A stretch of DNA of 61,634 bases, counting the filler, from Catajapyx aquilonaris (lineage: Eukaryota): the NCBI GenBank assembly GCA_000934665.2. It is 4 parts of 4 records of this genome, joined end to end, with 100 filler letters (N's around TTAATTAATTAA, not from the genome) between each part and the next. Parts side by side here need not be neighbours in the genome. Positions count along the whole stretch, not along the records: positions 1 to 15,315 come from JYFJ02007533.1; positions 15,416 to 30,722 come from JYFJ02007534.1; 2 more parts are not named here. One strand, 5' to 3'. The notes beneath the pieces were generated by a model, which searched no databases, had not been told where the DNA came from, and saw only the letters and a list, made by a program, of their open reading frames with translations. Positions 11,631-23,787 of the stretch are shown here, piece after piece. Made by a program: the position numbers and the translations under genes. Position 1 is the first letter of the stretch. Every line of letters begins with the position of its first letter.

Positions 11631-14600
11631 TTATAATAGTCTCCCCCTGCAATTAGTGGAACCGCAATAGCAGTAAATGACTTTTCCGGGAACACTACCA
11701 ACATTATAGTTGTAGTCCCAGGTAAGCTCGGTTCCAGCCCGGATGTAAGTTTGGGAAAAAAGGGCAACCCAAGGAAACTGAAGATCATGGGTGTCGACAA
11801 ACACATTCTGAACGAAGACATTAGGAGAGCAGGAATGCTGTCAATGAAGAAAAAGGTCGCGATAAATATATAATATGGCATGATGACAATAATTGTTCCT
11901 ACTTAAATTGTCATTATTATGCGATTCACGAGTCCTGGCCTGTTAGGCTCCATCCACCTCCCAACGTCAGCGGCGGAAGAAATCAGGCCTGGAATGCTCG
12001 TGAGTCTCGCGAGTAGGAGCCATTGGTGCGGTGTTCGGTCTCAACAAGGGAGAGGTTCGTCGTATTTCCAGGCCTGGTAGTCTCCCCCCCCCCCCCCCCC
12101 CCNNNNNCCCCCCCAATGCGATCCACTGCTGCCAAGTGCTCTCCCCCATCCTCCTGACAGGCGTGTGAGCCCATGGCGGACGCGGACGTGGCAACCTCGT
12201 CTTCAGAGGGCGGAGGACGGGGGAGGAGTCTAACAGGCCAGGACTCGTGAATCGCATAATAGCAAGCCCACATGAGATACATTTACCAGTTCCCTGCTCG
12301 TGGTCTAATATGACTCTAATCCATATATTCTACTGTCATATCGGAACTTACGTTGCAGTATCTTGCGACGTTTCCATGAGTCTTTCCATCCATGATAAAG
12401 GCCTTCTCATTTCCAAAATATTTCCGGGCAGACACAAACTTGTCCCTCTTTGCTTGCTCTTCCTGCTCATCAGACTTGCTCTCGGTATCAGGCAGTACAT
12501 TGATGCTGGATGATTCATCTGCAGCTTTAAAAATGAATGTTACTGAGCAAACCAGATATTCCTCAAAAAATTTTTTTTAAAAAAAAGGCAAAATATTCGG
12601 TACAAAGTTCTAAATCTGAAAATTAAAGTGATATATGATAATAAAATAATGAAACAAACACCTTCAGCTGGATTTTGGTTCATGTCCTCAGAATGCCACG
12701 GATGGGAGTTTGAGCTATCCAAGTCCTCCATTACATCACTCTCATAACCGTCCTTGGCTCCCTCCGCCACTTCAATAAAATCCAATTCAGCCAGGTACTC
12801 ATCACCATGGGTCATTCCATTCTGTAGATGGAAACTGTGGTTTAGCAATCACAAGAAGTCACTGGGTACACACATTAAAATATGTTTAAGTTACCTCATT
12901 TGCTTCTTCCTCTGCCAGCAACCGTCCAGCATAAATGCAAATAAACGCACCCTTGGGTATGTCATGCAAGCAGCGCACCCCCCATCCTCGCTCCTGTGTC
13001 TTGAATATTTGCAACTGCCATTGCAGAGGATTCTGCACTACTCGGTTTAAGCAGGTTTTGCGACACTTACACCTTGAATTGCACTCATAGATCCCAGTCC
13101 CCACTCGTGATAGAAGACGACGATTATCATATCCCACATATGGGTCATCTTCGAAAGCCCCTGGGCGAGATGCTGCTCCTTGAATGGTCAGCTGCCAACA
13201 ATTACACTTGTCCTTTGACTGGCAGTCATCTGTGCAACTACATCCAATGAGAAATTCATCATCTAGATTGAGAGGTACATTTGCTGCTGGTATACGCCGC
13301 GTGGTGTACTCCACAAACTCAGGGTAGCTGTGATCAAGGCAGTTCACACATGACAGAGGCACATTCTCCTTGCCATAAGACATGTCCTATGAAAATAATA
13401 GATATTCAAAATGTACAATAAAAACATCTCCTCTTCCTATGTAACAATTAAATCTAAAACTACCGGTACTTCAAAATGTATGTTAGGTGTACCTTAATGT
13501 AGGAAATGTTCTCAGAAGGATGAAACTGGTCGAGAGGATGGACCCAGGTATCAAAACAAAACAAGTCTATGGCCATTGTTGATTTTGTTAGCCGCAAGTA
13601 CAGATGAACTTCCTCGATGCTTCGCAGTCGCCTGCCACATGGGGTGCGGTATATTATTAGGCAACTCCCCATGATCTTCACTGGTTGCCTGCAAGAAACA
13701 GTTGAACCAGAGGAATTATGATATTGGTCATACACACTAAAATGTTGAGATTATGACCACTACTTTAATACAGACTAACCGTTGCCAGCCACAGAGCATT
13801 GGTATGGCCAAGAGATTACACTCTTTCATCTCCATCATATCATACAGATGATTTTCCACGCAAGATGGACCACACATATGTGGGTGGAATTTGGCATGAG
13901 GCTGTTCTGAGATATGTATGCACTGCAATAAAAGAACAAGCATGGCAGTGCTCATTCGCAGTGTCACAAGAGAAAACTGACAAAATTATCTCTTCATGTG
14001 TAGGCTACACATCACAGGAGCAGACGGCTGATTACCAAGTGACAGTGATTTCAGTTAACAAGAAACCACAAGAAACGTACCTTAATATCTCCATTATGCT
14101 CCACAAGAGATGGCACCCAAAAAGGATTAGGCATGACTGGTGTGGTGTTCCAGCTGGAAGGTCCAGGTATGTTGATGTTGCATCCACTGGACATCATGTT
14201 ACGCCTCTTCGCAGTGCTCTTCCTAGCAACAGGACCCTTGGCTACATTCTTTCTAGCACCTACTGACACCACCTGCACCTCATCACCACCTGAAATGTGT
14301 GATACTCATTGTTATAATATTCAGTACAAATTGAATTTTTTTAAATGGCAAAAAATGGGTCCAGAAAACCCTAGACAAGGTATTGTCTAAGCAGCAAACT
14401 TTGTGTAAAGACAAAAGAAAATGGTTGAATGCCACAGCTAAATGGCAAGGTCTAAAAATGGCTAAAAGCTGCATCCTAATAATTATTATATCTATAAATG
14501 CACCATGTAAAAGTTCAATATCATAATGTAAAATTTGCTATAAATGCTATAAATGCTACAAATGCACAATAGATAATCAATCTTCATGGTGACCTGTCTT

Positions 14601-15315
14601 GAAGCTGTGGTTAGAAGTCCTTCCTACTCCAATGCCAGTAGCATTGTCAGCAAGAGCAGTATCATCAGGCTGGGTGTCTGTTATTTGAATCTCTGGAAGC
14701 TCCTGCAAAATAATTGAAGAGTAATTGTAACAAGTAACAACAATTACTACTCCTGTTGTGAGAAGAGTAGAAGCACATATGGCAGTGAGTATATCAATGT
14801 CATGATCAGAAGTCGAGTTAGCCCATACATGCAATATTTTATGCCAAGAAAGCAGCAACTACTCATTGCAATGTCACGACAAAATTACTCATGTACAAGA
14901 CAATTATAAGATTCTTACCTCCACTAGAGGTTTAAAGCATCCATACACATCGTCCATGAGGCCATCCAGACCTTTTCTAAGTGATGCATACTTGTCGCTA
15001 ACAGTGGACAGATTTTCTTCAACCTCGACAATGCGCTGATTTAAAATTTTCTGGCCTTCTTCCAGCTGGAATTTGATGTCAAATTTTTCCATGACCATAG
15101 ATAATGCTTCTTTTATACTCGTTTCAGTAACAACTGTACCCTCATCCACACGATGGTCTGCTAAAACCAAAAAGCACAATATACTGTGAGGTGCTGGATA
15201 ACCAAAGTTTGACATGTACTGGTGTCTAACTTACCTTCCTGATAATCATCTGAATCATCTGAGTCCACTACTAAAACCACCTCTGGTTTGTAAATGTCAA
15301 CGTTTTCATTTAGGA
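11631..15315 (-). CDS. SETDB1: SETDB1/eggless-family H3K9 methyltransferase, 5' end beyond contig; exons >15315-15235, 15157-14919, 14702-14594, 14289-14081, 13922-13780, 13688-13493, 13386-12895, 12821-12662, 12524-12352, 11837-11631
   Basis: MBD ([10 protein letters not shown]); Cys-rich pre-SET; split SET ([49 protein letters not shown]); post-[16 protein letters not shown]; splice phases are consistent. Confidence 0.9.
11915..12261. mobile_element. MITE in the last SETDB1 intron (5-N gap inside a poly-C tract)
   Basis: ~37-bp TIR TATTATGCGATTCACGAGTCCTGGCCTGTTAG at both ends. Confidence 0.8.
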
Positions 15316-15415
15316 NNNNNNNNNNNNNNNNNNNNNNNNNNNNNNNNNNNNNNNNNNNNTTAATTAATTAANNNNNNNNNNNNNNNNNNNNNNNNNNNNN
15401 NNNNNNNNNNNNNNN
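15316..15415. other. Artificial contig spacer
   Basis: 44 N + TTAATTAATTAA (stops in all six frames) + 44 N. Confidence 0.97.
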
Positions 15416-15599
15416 GCACTCTCCACATGACGATGTCCGAACACGACCAGTTGCCAGGTAACGCCAAAGTCGTTGTTTACACTTGTTATATGCTATTGTG
15501 TCCAGCACTGTACCAGGCATTGAATGGCTTAGTGACCACCGGATCATCACGTCTGGGACTTGCATAGGCTACGTCTCATTTAAAAAAAAAATCCTCAAC

Positions 15600-16290
15600 A
15601 GGCCATGACCCGGAGACTCCTCTCATCATGGACGAGCTGGAGGAAGTGGTGAGGGCCATTGATACACGTCACCAAAGCACCTGGACCCGAGAACCTTCCC
15701 CTGGCCTGCCGTCACCACATTGCTGTTGGAGGATTCCAGCTACATCTTCCACAGGCCTGCGGGGAAGACCAGTGCCTCCTGATCTGTGGTCTCTCTGCCA
15801 AGGCCGTTGAGAGGACTGGCTTGGAAGTCCACGTCATCAACTGGTCAATAGGACGGGCTTGAGACATAACCTGGAAAGGTTGAAGGTTTTAGACATAAGA
15901 GTTCTGGATATTTACCTGGATCAGGCCTCGTCACCTGAGTGCAGGACCAAATAGTTTTGGGTGTGATCCTTCCCATTACGGAGGAGGAAGAAGGACACGG
16001 CGGACTGTGTCCGGGGATGTCAGGTGAAGCTCCATGGGATCTGCCTTTGCTGCTGGTCTGCGATGGCTTGCCAGCGAGGGTGCAGGAGTGGCTGGACTTC
16101 CGTCGCTGTGCTGGATCTGCTGGCTCGGATGGGTAGAAGAGGGCAAAGGACAAAAGCGGAGACACGGAAGATGATGAGGATGGGCCGGCAATATACACAG
16201 ATTGGGACTGTCAACGTCATAAGGAAAGTAGAGGACTGCATGGGGACGATGGGACAAGGGATTAAGCAGTGATGGATGCGTGTTGCCATA
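15600..16290 (+). mobile_element. Decayed non-LTR retrotransposon ORF2 relic
   Basis: Frameshifted PLIMDELEEVVRAI..TKAPGPENLP, resembling the pre-RT KAPGPD motif; boundaries uncertain. Confidence 0.45.
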
Positions 16291-16363
16291 GGTCTGGACT
16301 TGATCCTGGGTTTATCATGGGTTGTCTTTCAAGGTTAGTTCACATAAGTAATCACGTCATTTA

Positions 16364-16488
16364 GGGCCGGTTTCACCGAGCTCAGTATATGATAAAACCA
16401 GGGTATTTCTCAAAATCCCTATCTATTTGTATGGATTTTCCTAAAGAAACCTGGTTTTATCATATACCAAGCTCGGTGAAACCGGCCC
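16364..16488. mobile_element. PIF/Harbinger-type MITE
   Basis: TIR GGGCCGGTTTCACCGAGCT; TTA target duplication; related half-copy at ~6561-6607. Confidence 0.85.
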
Positions 16489-17252
16489 TTAGTCATTGTA
16501 CGCTGCAACTTATTGGGATTCGCAACTCTGCTAATATCTGATCAGATAGCTCAAGTCGTGGCTCAAAGTTTGTAACACGTAGCATAATAATTTACTGCAC
16601 TGCACCTAATTGGAATAAACATCACGGCTCACGTGACTGCATGTTATGATATGGGTGCAGGGCCTTACTATGTTATTGGGTCACCCCAAAGACTCTTGAC
16701 ATGTCCCTCAGCAACATGAGCAAGGTGGGCTGCCCCTGGGTCATATTGGCTGCGAGTTTCTTTGGACAGAATGAATATCATCTTCAGCAATGCACATTAA
16801 AATGAGGTTGGGTGTGATAGCTGGACAAAAAAAAATCAGTACTAAGTGAGTGGCATTGAATATGATATGGTAGAATTTAAAAAATAATCAGACAAAAAGA
16901 ATGTGTGTACGAAAATGTTTGACAATGAATGCGAGACCATTAAAAAATAACATTAAAAATAATTACATTGTAAACAACAAAGTCTCCCATGTTGTAAGGC
17001 TCTTGTAATGTTCTTTTGTTGCTAATAAAACATTGCAAGAGCATTAAAGATCCTTAACAATATTGATGCTGCATGGGAGAGTCAGTATTCATGCTCTTTT
17101 AATGCTTTGATGGTGTATTTTAATGTTCTTGGAATGCTTTTAGTTGCCTTTTAGCAATCATTAAGTATTACAGGAGCAATAATAATTACAAGGGCATTAA
17201 CGCTTGATGCTCTCCATGGGAAACTCAGTAGTAATCCTCCCGATGGTATCTT

Positions 17253-17375
17253 CACCTTGTCGTGGTGGCTTGCATTTCTCCCGTGACCCCAAGAGCTATG
17301 CCAGGGGTAGCTTCGTCTACTGGTAGGGCCACCGAAGTCATACAGGTCTTTGGGATAGGAGACACTAAGCGATAC
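17253..17375 (+). mobile_element. RTE-clade LINE 5' UTR fragment
   Basis: CACCTTGTCGTGGTG...GACCCCAAGAGCTATGCC...GGTAGGGCCACC...CAGGTC resembles RTE/BovB-type leaders (recognised from memory). Confidence 0.55.
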
Positions 17376-17589
17376 ACCAGTCTTTCTTCTTTTTTCTCTC
17401 TTCGTTTCCATCTCTATCTGTCCCACCTTTGCATCTTCTTATAGCCAGATACCGTAGTTGCTTTGGCTTCTTAAGAAACGTAAACCTAAACCTAAACCAA
17501 ACCTCAGTAGTGATCCTTTTTGAATAGTTTTCAGTTCACAGTGTAGACAAAAAATAATTTCTCTACCAGGTGAAGAGCATTGATTATAT

Positions 17590-17830
17590 ATGTGGTTCCC
17601 AACCTTTTTCGGGTTGCGACCCCCTTTCATGTTAGTCAAGTCACCTCCGACCCCCCTCCAGTATTAGTAAAAGATTAACGTAATGTTGACATATTAAAAC
17701 ATGAAAAAACCTTCTTGGTATTTCCTATGAAATTTATTGTAAGTAAAAATTACTGTGGCCACCGTGCGACCTCCTGGAAAAGGCTTTGCAACCCCCTTGG
17801 TGGTCGCGACCCGTAGGTTGGGAACCACTG
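17590..17830. mobile_element. hAT (Charlie-like) MITE
   Basis: GTGGTTCCCAACC...GGTTGGGAACCACTG ends; 8-bp TSD GATTATAT/GATTATAC. Confidence 0.8.
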
Positions 17831-18039
17831 GATTATACGATGAAATTAAAAATAAATTATTAGACAAAAAGAATGTGTATGAAAATGTTCGACATTGAAT
17901 GTGAGATCATAAAAATAACTAGACAAGAAATCACAGTATTGAATATGGTAGAATAAAATATAATTAGACAAAAAGGACATTATGGGTACAAAAATGTTTT
18001 ACATTCAATGTGAGGGCATTAATTTAAAAATTGCCCTTT

Positions 18040-18200
18040 CTTATTTTTATTTTTTCTCCTTTTCTTTTTTGGTATTTTTTTTCTCTTTTGTTTTCCTTTT
18101 TTTCTTTTTGTTCCTCTTTTTCAGTTTTTTTTTCTTTTTTTGTTTCATTTTTTTTCTTTTTGTTCCTCTTTTTTTCTTTTTTCTTTTTTCTTATTTTACT
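18040..18200. repeat. T-rich low-complexity tract
   Basis: Runs of T interrupted by C or G. Confidence 0.9.
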
Positions 18201-18528
18201 TATATGTAATTGAGTAACATGGCACATTATAGTATCAATATAAAAATAATTAGACAAAAATAGTATGCGTACAAAAATGTTTGACCTTGAAAGTGAGAGC
18301 ATAAAAATAACTACACTGTAAAGCGCAAAGCACCAGCACAAACCATTATGTGAGTCACTCATGCTAGAGCATTAAAAATTTATGCGCCATGGGAGATGTA
18401 GTAGTGTGATATCCTCTTTTAATTCTTTGCGATTTACACTGCAGACAAGAAGTAATATATGTACCAAATGAACAGCATCATTGACTGAGACAGAATAAAA
18501 AATTATGTACTGAGACAAAAATTATATA

Positions 18529-19126
18529 CGAGGATGTTCGAATTAAGTCTTTACACTTTATTTTTTTGCCACAAATAGAGGCCCATGCAGGTTGGCAGAT
18601 AGGCACACATTATCAATAGAATCCTCCTGAACGAAGCCGAATGCACTGGCTCCCAACGGGTGTTTCAACCTCCACTAACGGGCCCTCCAGGAACCACTTT
18701 TTGGAGGTGTGGCGCACCCAATCCCGGGCATCTGCTCACAGTCAACAGCTGTCAACAATGTCCTGAATATGGCATTGGTGAAGTTTTTTTTTTTTCATGG
18801 ATCCGAACAGTTGAAAGTCACAGGGGTCAAGGGCGGGGGATTTCTGCGGTTGTGGAAGCATCCAAAGCCTGATCCATGGGGAAAAAAACCCGTCGCCGAT
18901 GCCATATTCAGGACATTGTTGACTGTGAGCAGTTGTCCAGGAGAGGATGAGCCGCACCTCCAAAAAGTGGTTCCAGGAGGGCCTGGAGAGGTTGCCACAC
19001 ACGTGGTGCCAGTGCATTCAGCTCCGAGTAGGGTTCTATCGATAACGTTTGCCTATCTGCCAACCTGCATGGGCCCTGTATTTGTGGCAAAAAAATAAAG
19101 TGGAAAGACTTTCTGAATGACTCTCG
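18529..19126. mobile_element. Mariner-type foldback MITE
   Basis: TA|CGAGG...CTCTCG ends; nearly the whole ~600 bp is an inverted repeat. Confidence 0.85.
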
Positions 19127-21083
19127 TGTATGTGTACAAAAATGTTTGACATTCCATGTGAAAGCCTAAAAATAACTACACTGTAAACCGCAAAGCATTG
19201 AGTGAGCATTAAGCACTTAAAAATTACTGCTCACTTAATGCTCCATGTTGACAGTAATAATGTTCCATAGAAGAGCGCAGTAGTGATGTTCCTTCAATGC
19301 TTTGCAATTTACAGTGCGGGCAAAAAATAATTTCTGTACCAAAAGAGTAGCATATTGACTGAGTCAGAATAAAAAAATAATCAGACAAAAGGAATCTATA
19401 TGTACGATAATGTTTGACATTCAATGTGAGAGCATGAAAATAACTATTTTTCTTTTCTGTTTCTCTTTTTTTTTCTTTTTTTGTAATTGAGTAAACATTC
19501 TTTATGATAGCAAAAATAATTATACAAAAAGAATATGTGTACCAAATTGTTTGACATTGAATGTGATTGACATCATAAAAATAACTAGGCAAAAAAAAAT
19601 CTGTACCAATTGATTAATAAGAAATAAAATAAAAATTAGACAAAAAATCTGCATATAAAAATGTTGGAAGGTGAAAGCTTAAAAATTACTACACAAAATA
19701 TAATTTCTGTAGCAAGTGAGTGACATTGACTGGGACATAATTTTTTTTTGAATAATTGGACAAAAAGAATATAAGTGCACAAAAATGTTTCACATTCAAT
19801 GTGACAGCATAAAAGTAACTACACTGTGTGAACAGCAAAGCATTAAGTGAGCATTAAGCTATTAAAAAGCCCTCACTTATTAACGCTCCATTTTAACATT
19901 GACAATAATACTGTATAATGTTCCATACACTTCTCACTTAATGCTCCATTGATGTATTGATGCTCCTTAATGCTTCGCAATTTACTGTGCAGACGAAAAA
20001 AACTGCACCCCATGAATAGCATTGACTGAGACATAATAAGATATAATTATTAGACAAAAAGGATTTTAAAGCTCCGGAATTTAAAAAGTTGTAAATTACT
20101 TTTTGATTCGTATCATTGTCCTCAGCTACGTGGAGTCAAGTGAGGGAGGGTGTGACCCCAGGACTGCCCTTGGACCAGTTTGGCTGTACGTTACTTTGGA
20201 TGGAGAAATTGTCCTTGCGGGGCTTGGAATTAATCAGTCCACTAGTCTATGATAGATCTTAGTTTGTGCTCGAGTAGGTTGAAGGGGTAGACTACAAGGC
20301 AGGTAACGGGAAGGAAAATGCAGACCTTCTGGGGCTGATCTGAAAAGGTTACTTCAAATGAGTATTAAAACGTCACTGTACAATATTGTCGAGCACGCAC
20401 AACATTCAACGTATAGTTGCTGGGTTCTGAAAATATATTACCAACAGCAATAATGTTATTGTGGCTTATTCGCCAAGCACATATTCCAGCGACTGATGGC
20501 CAAGCCACAATAACATTTGTTGACATGCGGCGCACAAAGAAGGACCAATAAGTGTTGTTGAGCAGATACAGTCCAATAACCTCACCTACTCCAATGACCC
20601 GAGGGCGGCCCCGGGGTGGAGAAGACCATCATCCATTCGGCGGAGAGCATCAAACGGTGTCTGTCTCAAATCATTTGCCCCCGAGTCCCCATGTAGCCTG
20701 GGCTGAACCCCAGGGCGCGCCCTGGTGCGCTCCAAGGGGCCCAAAAGGACCAGGGGCCATCCAGATGAAATGTGGATCAAAGAATAGGAGCGGTAAAAAG
20801 AACAATGCCGACCAACAACCCGCCATTATGATTGAGACAAAGGGAATAAAACGTTAATCACATTTACCGCAGCCCGAAGCGGCGCCACCAATAATATCCC
20901 CTATTTTTAAATATTTGAATTTTGAATTGAATTTTTGAATAAACATTTGCATTTTACATTAAATTTAGGAATAAAAAGTTGAACATTTTACATTGCATTT
21001 GAATAAATATATTTATTTATACAATTTGAATAATATAATAACAATAAAATAACAATTTGAACTTTCCGCACGTGATACAGCGC

Positions 21084-21267
21084 CAGATTGGACCAATCAG
21101 AATGCGTTTACACCATCCACCACACTGCAATAGCGCGCATGCGTTTAGCAAGTGACGAGTTACGATTGGCTTGTCATTCAGCATCTTGTTTCATGTAAAC
21201 GGCACCAGTTTGGACCAATCAAAACCAGGTTATACCATCCAGTGTGTCATCATACTGCGCATGCGTC
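21084..21267 (+). promoter_or_regulatory. Duplicated CCAAT + NRF1/Ewg-like promoter module upstream of the F-box locus
   Basis: Two copies ~122 bp apart of TTGGACCAATCA...ACCATCCA...GCGCATGCGT. Confidence 0.5.
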
Positions 21268-21928
21268 TTGCAAGATATCGAGCTCTGACAGGCTGTATCA
21301 AGGGAGCTTGTCACATGTAAACGGCAACATAATAGCAGCAGGGGGATGAAAATTCCAGCCTGACCAGCCCGGCAGTAAACGGTGCAATGCCCCGATTAGT
21401 TTCTATAATAGAGACTACAGGCCACGTACCAGCAGCAAGATGACGACAGGTACTTTAAACACTGGTTTTAATGTCGTTTACCCCCGTAAAGTTCAGTTTA
21501 TATAAATTCAAACTGAGCGGTGGAAGCGGGTGGAAGTATTGATCGCGCGTGTGTTTGGGTGTGGTGGGCACAGATGGCAGCACCGGATGGCCTCCCGTTG
21601 TGTGGCAGGTGTCTCCCTCTGCCACCACAGCCACGCACTCCCTCTGCTAACGCCGCTTATCTTCAGAGAGGAAGGAGCAGGCTGTTCCTTTTCTTCCTTT
21701 TCATTCAGGCCATTGTTCTGAAGCCCTTCTGAAGCCCCCTTGGGCTGGAATCGCGCTGCTTCCACACCCCCCCCCGGGGCCAAGAGCGGGCCAGAGAGAA
21801 CCAGGGCCAGACCCGTGAGTATGCCCCCAAGCACCTTTCGTAGTTGGTTGGTTGGGTGGGGCCTAGGACTACTACAACACTGATGCATTGCCCCATTGTC
21901 CAGCTGCTGCCAGGTGAGAACAACAAGA

Positions 21929-23787
21929 ATGTCTGGAAGGAAGAGGAGGAGGGGCGGGGAGGGCAGCAGCCAGGAGGAGAAGGTGGAGCCAGCCCAGCCG
22001 GAGGATGAGGCGGCTGCGGCGGCACAGGGCGAAGGAGCGGATGCAGCGGATGGTGCGGAGGCAGTCCCAGAGCAGCCGCCTGCACCCTCCGCATCCGCAG
22101 ATGAGCCGCAGCCGTCTTCGTCCGCTCCGCCTTCGTCGCCACCGCTACCCAAGCGCAGGCTCACCAGGAGCTCCTACCGCCTGATGAACAACCCGCAGGC
22201 CGAAGCCGCACAGCCACTACCGGTGCGTATCCACTCCCATGATCAAACCCACCACATTACCACCGGAACGGTCGTTCCATGCACAAATTGGTTGTCAAGT
22301 GCACTAAGCGGCGTGCCCTTCCTGTGGTTGGGTTTGGTTATCAATTTCTAAACATTTTCATTGGTTTGAGTTAACTGGCAACTTTAACAGCTGGAGGAAG
22401 TGACCAAAAAAAAAAGTGTGCTTGCCAAGTTGGTTGTTTTCTGTCCACTTACAATTGGACGTAGGCTAATGGGGATTTTGCATGATGGTGTCCACAGCCG
22501 CAGTATTTGAAGAGGATGCGAGGGCGGCAGGGAGGAAGGCGGGGGAAGGGCGGGGGCCTGGATGCCCCTCTTGATGCTCCACTCCAACCCAGCCCCCCAC
22601 CTTCCCTGTTCTCCTCTGTTCTACCCCGGGAGATCCAGATGGAGATTCTCTCGTACCTGAGCCTGCATGACCTCCTGACCCGCGCGTCCCCGGTGTGCCG
22701 CGAATGGCGTGCAATGGCTCGTGATCCATTCCTCTGGAGGCGCATGACTTTTTCTGGGACATTTGCATCCACGTCCACGTCCAAGGTTCTTCAGTTGGTC
22801 ACCAGGTCGCACCTTCTCAGCGACCTGACTTTGGAGTGCCGTCGGGATGTGCATGCCGTGTTGATGCGTGTCTCTGCGCATTGTCCCCTCCTCCAAGTTC
22901 TCAATCTCAGCTGGTGCTCCTGGCTCAGTGAGGAGTGCCTGACTGCCGTGGCCAAAGGTTGCCCTAACCTCCGTCAGTTGAAGCTGGAAGGAGTGGGGCT
23001 GAAGAAGGGAAGCACGTACCGCCCTGTGGCATCCCTTTCACAGCTTAGACGCCTCAGCCTTTGGAGCACATGGTCTCCTGCTGAGGGTCGTGACCTGGTG
23101 GAAGTGGGGCGCAGCTGCCCTCTGCTGGAGGAACTTGAAATGGGTTTCTTCAAGCACGTGTCAGAGGAGAGTGTCGTGGTGCAACTTATTGAAGAGGTTG
23201 GGGGGAGGTTGAAGAGGCTGGTTCTGAGGGGTGAAGGGCTGCACGACATCTCCTTCAAAGCTTTGGCCAACTGCAGGGCAAGCCTGCGTGAACTTGACAT
23301 ATGCAGTGCGCATATGATGACAGATCGGGGTCTGCTTCAGGGGATTGGGCGGCTCCGTGGGCTGCGACGGCTGTGCCTGCAGTGGGGCGGAGAGCTGAGT
23401 GGGGTTGCGTTGGCCACTATACTAGGGATCCGAGGCCTGGTCGGCACACTGACTCACCTGGACCTGTCCCTGTGCGTGCATGTGAGCGACCTGTGTCTCT
23501 CCCGCATTGGGGCCAACTGCCCTCGCCTGGCCCACTTGGATCTGGGTGGCTGTCACCTGGTGACAGACAAGGGCTTGGAGAAGGTGGTGAGGGGGTGCCC
23601 ACAACTGCGCACACTCAGGCTGTACGGGATCTTGAACATCACAGGGGAGGCCTTCAGACTGATCCCGCAGCACACCCCGCACCTGAAGCACCTCTACTTG
23701 CTGAAGAGGGCAGGGGTTGCACAGGAGGTCCTGCAGGGTCTAGCCAGGGACATGCCCCAACTCATTGTGCACTTGCATCAGATATGA
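21929..23787 (+). CDS. F-box/LRR protein (FBXL-type); exons 21929-22222, 22504-23787
   Basis: F-box LPREIQMEILSYL...VCREWR..ARDPFLWR; LRR-CC repeats (CPxL..LxL); phase-0 intron after an acidic/Pro-rich first exon. Confidence 0.88.

Larger units (their letters stand above)
16820..20065 (+). repeat. Degenerate compound satellite (~60-bp AGACAAAAA-initiated monomers) interrupted by MITEs
   Basis: About 9 copies of AGACAAAAAGAAT..GTACAAAAATGTTTGACATTCAATGTGAGAGCATAAAAATAACTA, near 16888, 17861, 17965, 18251, 19130, 19382, 19522, 19637 and 19758. Confidence 0.75.

Noticed and set aside
15360..15371. TTAATTAATTAA as a biological motif
   Set aside because: Synthetic six-frame stop linker, repeated identically within N runs.
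17982..18362. Phe-rich and Lys-rich ORFs (also poly-Tyr/poly-Ile ORFs at 30849-31088 and 45947-46205)
   Set aside because: Translations of low-complexity tracts and microsatellites.
16820..20065. CRISPR-like repeat/spacer array
   Set aside because: Repeats are long, degenerate and irregularly spaced; the context is eukaryotic with no cas genes.
21508..22164. 218-aa minus-strand ORF
   Set aside because: Antisense of the GC-rich F-box first exon.
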